Below are positions 57,596-64,000 of a stretch of DNA of 64,000 bases, one piece after another. The translations under genes and the position numbers were made by a program. The stretch is from NCBI GenBank assembly GCA_964650285.1, contig CAZYSP010000001.1, positions 13,169-77,168 of the forward strand, read 5' to 3'. The notes under the pieces were generated by a model, which searched no databases, was not told where the DNA came from, and saw only the letters and a list, made by a program, of their open reading frames with translations. Origin of the DNA: an uncultured Methanosarcinales archaeon (lineage in GTDB: Archaea; Nanobdellota; Nanobdellia; Woesearchaeales; GW2011-AR4). The number at the start of each line of letters is the position of its first letter. The stretch's first letter is position 1.

Positions 57596-58105
57596 ATGGA
57601 AGAACAAAAACCTCAAGAGACTAAAGAGCAGAAAGATAATTTCAGGTATTTTGTAAGAATTGCAAATACCGACCTTGATGGAAACAAAGGTATAGGCAAT
57701 GCGCTGAAAAAAATCAAGGGAGTAAGTTTCATGTTCTCTAATATGATTTGCAATATTGCTGGCGTGGATAAAACGGCTAAAACCGGTTACTTGAATGATG
57801 AACAAGTCAAAAAGCTGGATGATATTTTGAATAATCCATTAAAGTATAATAGTCCTGGCTGGATGCTCAACAGGAGAAAGAATTATGAGGATGGGAAAGA
57901 TTACCACATTATTACAGGAAATTTATCGTTTGCAGAAGAGACTGACATTAAGAGGATGAAGAAAATCAGGTCTTATAGGGGAGTAAGGCATGGCCTGGGG
58001 TTGCCGGTTAGAGGCCAGAGAACAAAATCAAATTTCAGAAAAAACAAGGGAAAAGCTTCATTAGGAGTTGTGAAAAAAGAAGAAGCTAAAGCAGGAAGAG
58101 TTTGA
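57596..58105 (+). CDS. rps13: 30S ribosomal protein uS13
   Basis: RIANTDLDG, IKGV, WMLNRR, SYRGVRH..GLPVRGQRT. Confidence 0.97.
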   Translation: MEEQKPQETKEQKDNFRYFVRIANTDLDGNKGIGNALKKIKGVSFMFSNMICNIAGVDKTAKTGYLNDEQVKKLDDILNNPLKYNSPGWMLNRRKNYEDGKDYHIITGNLSFAEETDIKRMKKIRSYRGVRHGLGLPVRGQRTKSNFRKNKGKASLGVVKKEEAKAGRV

Positions 58106-58175
58106 ACAATTTAAAAATTCCATTAATAATAACTCAATGAAAGTTAAGGAGAAATAATCAAAAAAATAAATCAAA

Positions 58176-58922
58176 ATGGGATCACCAAAAAGACAAAGAA
58201 AGAAATTTTCAACGCCATCACATCCATGGCAAAAGGAAAGGATTTTGGCAGAGCAGGAACTATTGAAAGAATATGGACTAAACAGGAAGTATGAAATATG
58301 GAAAATGAACACAATCCTGAAGAATTTTACCATGCAGGCAAAAAATCTGGTTACTGTTAAAAATCCACAGGTAGAGAAGGAAAGAAACCAGCTTTTGACA
58401 AAACTTTATTCTTTGGGTTTGCTGGGCAGGGATGCAAAGATAGATGATGTATTGTCTTTAACACTGAAAGATGTTATGGAAAGGAGATTGCAGACTTTGG
58501 TTTACAGGAAAAACATGGCAGGCAGCCTTAAACAAGCCCGTCAGTTTATTGTCCACGAGCATATTGCCCTAGGAGATAAGACGGTAACAGCTCCATCATA
58601 CATTGTTCCTTTGGAAGAGGAAAATAGCATAAGCTTTGCTAAAAATTCTGTTCTTTCCAATGCAGGCCATCCTGAAAGGGTTGCAACAAAGGTGAAAAAA
58701 ACAGATAAAAAACCAAAAGAAAAGAAAGCAAGTGATAAAAAAGAAGAAGATGTGAAAGAAACAGCAAAGGAAAAGGCAGAAAAGAAAAATCCAAAAAAAG
58801 AGGCAAAGGCAAAAGACAAAACAAAGGAAAAGCCCAAGGAAAAAATTCCAAGTACGCATGAGCTGAAAAAACAGAAAGAGGATAAGAAAAAACAAGAAAA
58901 GAAACTGGAGGAAGAGAAATAA
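58176..58922 (+). CDS. rps4: 30S ribosomal protein uS4 with long K/E-rich C-terminal tail
   Basis: [41 protein letters not shown]. Confidence 0.96.
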   Translation: MGSPKRQRKKFSTPSHPWQKERILAEQELLKEYGLNRKYEIWKMNTILKNFTMQAKNLVTVKNPQVEKERNQLLTKLYSLGLLGRDAKIDDVLSLTLKDVMERRLQTLVYRKNMAGSLKQARQFIVHEHIALGDKTVTAPSYIVPLEEENSISFAKNSVLSNAGHPERVATKVKKTDKKPKEKKASDKKEEDVKETAKEKAEKKNPKKEAKAKDKTKEKPKEKIPSTHELKKQKEDKKKQEKKLEEEK

Positions 58923-58923
58923 A

Positions 58924-59313
58924 ATGGCAGAAAGATGGGGAATTGCACATATTTATGCATCGTATAACAACACCATAATCCATATAACAGATATTACCGG
59001 AACAGAGACGATAAGCAAGGCATCCGGAGGAATGGTTGTTAAGAGCGACAGGATGGAAAGCAGCCCAACAGCTGCAATGATGGCTGCCAAGAGGGCTGCG
59101 GAAGGGGCTATAGAAAAGGGGGTAAATGCAATTCATGTCAAAATAAGAGCACCTGGAGGTCATAATGACCCTGTAGGTCCTGGACCAGGAGCCCAGGCTG
59201 CTGTAAGAGCATTATCAAGAATGGGTTTAAGGATAGGTTTAATAGAGGATGTCACTCCTCTGCCACATGACGGTTGCAGAAAGAAGGGTGGTAGAAGGGG
59301 TAGACGAGTTTAA
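58924..59313 (+). CDS. rps11: 30S ribosomal protein uS11
   Basis: [41 protein letters not shown]. Confidence 0.97.
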   Translation: MAERWGIAHIYASYNNTIIHITDITGTETISKASGGMVVKSDRMESSPTAAMMAAKRAAEGAIEKGVNAIHVKIRAPGGHNDPVGPGPGAQAAVRALSRMGLRIGLIEDVTPLPHDGCRKKGGRRGRRV

Positions 59314-59329
59314 ATGGGGTGTAAAAAAA

Positions 59330-60124
59330 ATGGAAATAAGAGTTTTATCAAATAACAAGGACGAGGGAAAGCTTTCATTTATTATTAAGGATGTAACACC
59401 TGCTTTTGCGAATGCGTTAAGGAGGATTATGACAGAAGAAGTTCCTACCATGGCTATTGAAGATTTAGAATTCAGAAAGAACAATTCAATTTTGTATGAC
59501 GAGATTATTGCGCATAGGCTTGGTTTGATTCCTTTAAAAACAGACTTAAAATCATACAATTTGCCTGAGAAATGCAAATGCAAAGGTGAGGGATGCGCAA
59601 GATGCCAGCTTAAACTTACGCTCAAAGCGTCAAAAGGATCAGGAATAATTCATGCTTCTGAACTTAAAAGCAAAGATCCTGCAGTAAAACCTGTTTATCC
59701 AAAAGTGCCCATTGTAAAATTGCTAAAAGGCCAGTCTTTAGAATTAGAAGCTACTGCTGTTTTAGGAAAAGGAAAAGTTCATTCAAAATGGAGTCCTTGT
59801 TTAGCGTATTACAAGCATAAGCCGATTATAGAAATAGGAAATGTAAAGAACCCAGAAGAGGTTGTGGAAAAAACTCATGGAAATATTTTTGAGATAAAAA
59901 ATGGAAAACTGGAAGTTATCAAAGATAATTTGTTTAAGTATGATATTGCAGGTGTAGTGGAAGATGTATCAAATGGAGAGGTCAGGGTTAAGTATGATAA
60001 TGACATTATTTTTTACATGGAATCATGGGGGCAACTGAGCTGCAAAGAGATTTTAAATCAGGCATTGAAAATTTTTGATGAAACTTTTGATGAATTTGAT
60101 GAAGAAGTAAAAAAGCTCAAATAA
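59330..60124 (+). CDS. rpoD: DNA-directed RNA polymerase subunit D (Rpo3)
   Basis: FANALRR..EVPTMAI, DEIIAHRLGLIPL, CKC..GC..C zinc site, GKVHSKW, ESWG. Confidence 0.96.
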   Translation: MEIRVLSNNKDEGKLSFIIKDVTPAFANALRRIMTEEVPTMAIEDLEFRKNNSILYDEIIAHRLGLIPLKTDLKSYNLPEKCKCKGEGCARCQLKLTLKASKGSGIIHASELKSKDPAVKPVYPKVPIVKLLKGQSLELEATAVLGKGKVHSKWSPCLAYYKHKPIIEIGNVKNPEEVVEKTHGNIFEIKNGKLEVIKDNLFKYDIAGVVEDVSNGEVRVKYDNDIIFYMESWGQLSCKEILNQALKIFDETFDEFDEEVKKLK

Positions 60125-60155
60125 TCACCTCGCGCTATAAAATTATAAGTCGAGT

Positions 60156-60241
60156 GCGGGGGTGGCAGAGTCTGGTCAAATGTGCAAGGTTGAGGGCCTT
60201 GTCCTTTAGTGGGTGCGCGTGTTCAAATCACGTCCCCCGCA
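60156..60241 (+). tRNA. tRNA-Leu(GAG)
   Basis: GCGGGGG/CCCCCGC acceptor, CAAGG-TTGAGGG-CCTTG anticodon arm, long variable arm, GTTCAAATC T loop; CCA not encoded. Confidence 0.95.
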
Positions 60242-60296
60242 TTAAAAAAACAATCATAACGACGTAGGGCCTCGTAAAGCGACACACCCCAAGCAA

Positions 60297-60420
60297 CGAC
60301 GCAAAACCATTGATTATTGATTAATAATAATTTTTTAATGAATAATGAAATTTAAGTGGAAAATAAAATAATGAATTAACAAATAATTGTGAATGTCAAA
60401 ATAAAAAATTTAATGGAAAA
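60297..60420 (+). repeat. CGACGCAAAA intercistronic element, copy C
   Basis: CGACGCAAAA at 60297; 35-nt block 60360-60394 matches copy A at 34/35; ends at the rpl18e ATG. Confidence 0.75.
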
Positions 60421-60783
60421 ATGAAACGAACAGGTCCGACAAATCCATTGCTTAAGGATTTAATTATGGAACTAAGAAAAAGAAGTAATGAGCAGTCTGT
60501 AAACTTATGGAAGAGAGTTGCTTTGGACCTGGAAAAGCCTACAAGGCAGAGAAGGGTTGTAAATTTATCAAAGATTAGCAGGTATACAAAGGAAAATGAA
60601 ACAATAATTGTTCCTGGCAAAGTTTTGGGTTCTGGAATGTTGAATCATAAATTGACAATAAGTGCTTACCAGGTTTCAGAGCAGGCAAAGGACAAGATAG
60701 AGAGGGCTGGTTCAGAAATAGTATCATTATTGGACATAAGTAAGGATAAACCTGATGGTAAAAAAATAAAGATAATTGGTTAA
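60421..60783 (+). CDS. rpl18e: 50S ribosomal protein eL18
   Basis: TNP.L, LWKRVA..L.KP.R.R..VNL, VPGKVLGSG. Confidence 0.96.
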   Translation: MKRTGPTNPLLKDLIMELRKRSNEQSVNLWKRVALDLEKPTRQRRVVNLSKISRYTKENETIIVPGKVLGSGMLNHKLTISAYQVSEQAKDKIERAGSEIVSLLDISKDKPDGKKIKIIG

Positions 60784-60908
60784 TCAATTAAGATAGTACA
60801 ATAATAAAAATTCAATAACGACAAACAATAAAAGAACCAAACATTAAAAAGTAAACAATAATTAAAATTAATAAATTTAAAAAAATAATAAAAATTGAAA
60901 AAATTAAA

Positions 60909-61328
60909 ATGATAATTGATGCAAACAATCTTGTATTGGGAAGATTAGGGGCTTATGCAGCAAAGAAAGCATTGCTAGGGGAAAAAATAGATATTGTTAA
61001 TTGTGAAAGCTGCGTGGTTACAGGCAGGAGAGATAGAATTTTTGAGGATTATGATAAATTTTTGAAGAAAGGAATACCAGCTAAAGGACCTTTTACTTAC
61101 AGGATGCCTGACAGGTTTGTTAAAAGATCAATAAGGGGGATGTTGCCATACAAAAAAGAGAGAGGAAGAAAGGCTTTTAAAAGTATAATGTGTTACATTG
61201 GTATTCCTGAAAATTTGAAAAATCAGAAGTTTGATACCATAAAAAGTGCTAATATTGAGAAAGTACCAAATCTTAAATTTATAAGAGTTAAGGAGATATG
61301 TAAACATATTGGTGGTAAAGTAGAATGA
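60909..61328 (+). CDS. rpl13: 50S ribosomal protein uL13
   Basis: IIDA..LGRL..AK..L.G, KGPF..R.PD, IRGMLP. Confidence 0.96.
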   Translation: MIIDANNLVLGRLGAYAAKKALLGEKIDIVNCESCVVTGRRDRIFEDYDKFLKKGIPAKGPFTYRMPDRFVKRSIRGMLPYKKERGRKAFKSIMCYIGIPENLKNQKFDTIKSANIEKVPNLKFIRVKEICKHIGGKVE

Positions 61329-61726
61329 AAATTGTAACAGCTTCAGGAAAAAGAAAAAGGGCTATAGCAAGAGCCACGATAAAAGCTGGAAAAGGTATTG
61401 TTAAGATAAATAACCTGATTCTGGATTCTTATGAGCCTAAGCTTTCGAGGTTGAGGTTAAGAGAGCCATTAATCATTGCTGGAGACCTTATAAATAAGAT
61501 AGATGTAAGTGTAAATGTTGTTGGCGGAGGAATTTCAAGCCAGGCAGATGCTTCAAGGTTAGCTATTGCAAAAGGTTTGGTAGAGTTTTCAAAAAGCGAC
61601 AAGTTAAAGGAGCAATTTTTGAATTATGACAGAAATCTGCTTGTAGCGGATGTCAGGAGGAAAGAACCTGCAAAACCAAACAGGCATGGACAAGCTAGAG
61701 CTAAGAGGCAGAAGTCATATAGATAA
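61325..61726 (+). CDS. rps9: 30S ribosomal protein uS9
   Basis: SGKRKRAIARA, VGGG..QA.A.R.AIA, YDR.LLV.D.RRKE, ARAKRQKSYR. Confidence 0.97.
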   Translation: MKIVTASGKRKRAIARATIKAGKGIVKINNLILDSYEPKLSRLRLREPLIIAGDLINKIDVSVNVVGGGISSQADASRLAIAKGLVEFSKSDKLKEQFLNYDRNLLVADVRRKEPAKPNRHGQARAKRQKSYR

Positions 61727-61741
61727 AACTTATAAAATAAA

Positions 61742-61806
61742 TATGAAGAAAGGTGCTGAGAAATTTACAAGTAAGTTTCTGGCACCTCTTCGTAAACTCA
61801 GAGGTG
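61742..61806 (+). promoter_or_regulatory. Long stem-loop with alternative anti-SD pairing upstream of rpoN
   Basis: TATGAAG/CTTCGTA, AGGTGCT/GGCACCT, AGAAATTTA/TAAGTTTCT; CACCTCT (61783-61789) also complements SD AGAGGTG (61800-61806). Confidence 0.6.
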
Positions 61807-61814
61807 AAACAAAA

Positions 61815-62012
61815 ATGATTATACCAATAAGATGCTGGTCGTGCGGAAAGCCAATAGGGCATTTATGGGAGAGTTACTTAGAGAAACTTGAGAAAGGAGA
61901 CGATAAGAAAAAGACTTTGGATGAATTAGGTCTGGAAAGATACTGCTGCAGGGCTATATTTATGGGGCATGTGGACTTGGTGGATACAGTAGCCCAGTTC
62001 AAGAAGTTCTAA
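61815..62012 (+). CDS. rpoN: DNA-directed RNA polymerase subunit N (Rpo10)
   Basis: MIIPIRCWSCGK, LDELG..RYCCR; SD GAGGTGA. Confidence 0.96.
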   Translation: MIIPIRCWSCGKPIGHLWESYLEKLEKGDDKKKTLDELGLERYCCRAIFMGHVDLVDTVAQFKKF

Positions 62013-62055
62013 ATAAACCATAAACAATTTAAATTAAGCCATATCTTTTTGTTCT

Positions 62056-64000
62056 ATGGTAGACCTGAATAAGATATCCAGGAAATGGCAGAAGAAGTGG
62101 CAAGAAAAGAAAATATTCGAAGTAAAGGAAGATCCTAAAAAGAAAAAATACTATGTTCTTGAGATGTATCCTTACCCTTCTGGCTCAGGATTGCATATGG
62201 GTCACGCAAGAAATTACTGCATTGGAGATTGTTATGCACGTTATAAGAGGATGCAGGGCTTTAATGTCCTTTACCCAATGGGCTATGACAGTTTTGGGTT
62301 ACCAGCAGAGAATGCAGCAATAAAAGCAAAGTCGCATCCCAAGATTTTTACTGAAGATTCTATTAAGAATTTTATAAAGCAGCAGAAAGAATTGGGATTG
62401 AGTTATGACTGGTCCAGGATGATTGCTTCTCATACTCTAGAATATTATAAATGGGATCAGTGGATTTTCTTAAAGATATATGAAAAAGGGCTTGCTTATA
62501 AGAAAAAGGCAGCTGTCAATTGGTGCCCTAAGTGCAATACAGTTCTTGCTAATGAGCAGGTTCATGATGGAAAGTGCTGGAGGCATACAGAGCAGAATGT
62601 GACTGTAAAAGAACTTTCGCAATGGTTCTTTAAAATTACAAAGTATGGTGATGAGCTCTTGGAAGATATTGACAAGCTAAAAGGCTGGGCAGAAGATGTC
62701 AAAATAATGCAGAAGAACTGGATTGGCAAGAGCCATGGAACTAAAATCCATTTTAAGATAGATGGAACTAATGATATAATTCCGATATTTACAACAAGAA
62801 CAGACACTTTATTTGGAGTCACGTTTATGGTTTATGCTCCTGAGCATCCAAAAGTGATGGAACTTGTAAAAGGGACAAAATATGAAAATAATGTAAAGAA
62901 ATTTGTCAGAAAGGTTGTCTTAGAAGATAAATTCACAAGAACAGCTGAAGACAGGGAAAAGGAAGGGATGTTCATTGGTAAATATGCGATTAATCCTGTA
63001 AATAATAAAAAGGTGCCTATATACATTGGAAATTTTGTTTTGTTGGAGTATGGCGCTGGCTGCGTTATGGCTGTTCCTGCCCATGACCAAAGGGATTTTG
63101 AATTTGCAAAAAAATACAACATTCCAATAAAGGTTGTTATAACTCCTCAAGACCATGAATTAAAGCCTGAGAAGATGACAAGGGCTTACTTAGATAATGG
63201 TGTTATGGTGAATTCAGGAGAGTTTAATGGTATTGGCAACAGGGATGCTGTTGGTGAGATTACCAATTTTTTGAGGAAAAATAGACTTGGCAAAAAAACC
63301 ATACAATACAAGCTTAGAGACTGGCTTATTTCAAGGCAACGCTTTTGGGGCTGTCCAATACCAATAATCTATTGTGATAAATGTGGTGTTGTTCCTGTTT
63401 CTGAAAAAGATTTACCAGTAAAACTTCCAGAAAACTATAAATTCGCAATTGGAAAAGGAAATCCTTTAGAACATTGCAAGGAATTTGTAAATACTAAATG
63501 TCCAAAGTGTAACGGAAAGGCTAAGCGTGAGACAGATACCATGGATACTTTTGTTGACAGTTCATGGTATTTTTTAAGGTATTGTGATGCTAAAAACAAC
63601 AAAGAAATTTTTGATAAAAAGAAGGCTGCTTACTGGATGCCAATTGACATGTACATTGGGGGGAAAGAGCATGCAACAATGCATTTGATTTATTTTAGAT
63701 TCTTTACAAAATTTTTGAGAGATATTGGCTTATTGAAAATTGATGAACCAACCTTAAATCTTTTCAACCAGGGAATGCTGCACAAAAATGGCGTAGTAAT
63801 GAGCAAGAGCAAGGGAAATGTTGTTACACAGAATGAGATTGCTGAAAAATATGGCATAGATACTGCAAGATTCTTTTTGCTGTTTGTGTCAGGGCCTGAC
63901 AAGGATATGGAATGGGATGATAAAGCAATACTTGGGAGCTGCAGGTTCCTGGATAAGGTTTATGCTTTGGCTGAAAAAAAGGTTACAAGCGGTAAGGATG
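62056..64000 (+). CDS. leuS: Leucyl-tRNA synthetase, bacterial type (3' end outside window)
   Basis: Hand translation from ATG 62056: YVLEMYPYPSG.GLHMGH, GYDSFGLPAENAAI, MAVPAHDQRD, DWLISRQR, DTMDTFVDSSWYF, VMSKSKGN; absent from the ORF track, consistent with no stop before the window ends. Confidence 0.95.
   Translation, partial: MVDLNKISRKWQKKWQEKKIFEVKEDPKKKKYYVLEMYPYPSGSGLHMGHARNYCIGDCYARYKRMQGFNVLYPMGYDSFGLPAENAAIKAKSHPKIFTEDSIKNFIKQQKELGLSYDWSRMIASHTLEYYKWDQWIFLKIYEKGLAYKKKAAVNWCPKCNTVLANEQVHDGKCWRHTEQNVTVKELSQWFFKITKYGDELLEDIDKLKGWAEDVKIMQKNWIGKSHGTKIHFKIDGTNDIIPIFTTRTDTLFGVTFMVYAPEHPKVMELVKGTKYENNVKKFVRKVVLEDKFTRTAEDREKEGMFIGKYAINPVNNKKVPIYIGNFVLLEYGAGCVMAVPAHDQRDFEFAKKYNIPIKVVITPQDHELKPEKMTRAYLDNGVMVNSGEFNGIGNRDAVGEITNFLRKNRLGKKTIQYKLRDWLISRQRFWGCPIPIIYCDKCGVVPVSEKDLPVKLPENYKFAIGKGNPLEHCKEFVNTKCPKCNGKAKRETDTMDTFVDSSWYFLRYCDAKNNKEIFDKKKAAYWMPIDMYIGGKEHATMHLIYFRFFTKFLRDIGLLKIDEPTLNLFNQGMLHKNGVVMSKSKGNVVTQNEIAEKYGIDTARFFLLFVSGPDKDMEWDDKAILGSCRFLDKVYALAEKKVTSGKD

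Noticed and set aside
58541..59163. Phe/Ser/Leu-rich minus-strand ORFs resembling membrane proteins
   Set aside because: Reverse complement of the Lys/Glu-rich uS4 tail and rps11.
62013..64000. Apparent ORF-free 2 kb at the window end
   Set aside because: It is leuS running off the edge; its motifs appear in order in one frame.
1..64000. Prophage, IS element, integron or defence island
   Set aside because: No transposase, integrase, capsid, terminase, cas or restriction-modification motifs recognised in any ORF.

Overview
AT-rich archaeal chromosome segment, most consistent with a Woesearchaeota-like DPANN archaeon. The informational genes are archaeal: Nop5/fibrillarin, Dph5, ATP-dependent DNA ligase, type II GAPDH, the rps13-rps4-rps11-rpoD-tRNA-Leu-rpl18e-rpl13-rps9-rpoN cluster, BRE/TATA promoters, class III pilin and a tRNA-Gln with a T-loop intron. 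Many metabolic genes are bacterial-type (GlpX, class II FBA, PurN, PurH, FolD, IspH, LeuRS). A ~19 kb purine/one-carbon cluster (PurP x2, GuaA, glycine cleavage T/H/PA/PB, PurF, PurD, 5-FCL, LipA, lipoate ligase, GlyA, FolD, PurN, PurH) fills the middle. I see no transposase, integrase, prophage or cas gene. Protein highlights: an RHH-nucleotidyltransferase fusion with a broken catalytic loop facing the gluconeogenesis operon, a tandem MNT-MNT-HEPN-HEPN protein preceded by a palindromic tandem repeat, and a PDZ-containing SecD. Non-coding highlights: a 2-copy GGGCTGTGCC-bounded element, a 3-copy CGACGCAAAA intercistronic element, two 3' stem-loops showing the same ACCACCCC loop, TTGGCG hairpins upstream of ftsZ, and structured leaders before rps15, rps13 and rpoN. 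All calls come from reading motifs by eye; no database search or folding program was run.
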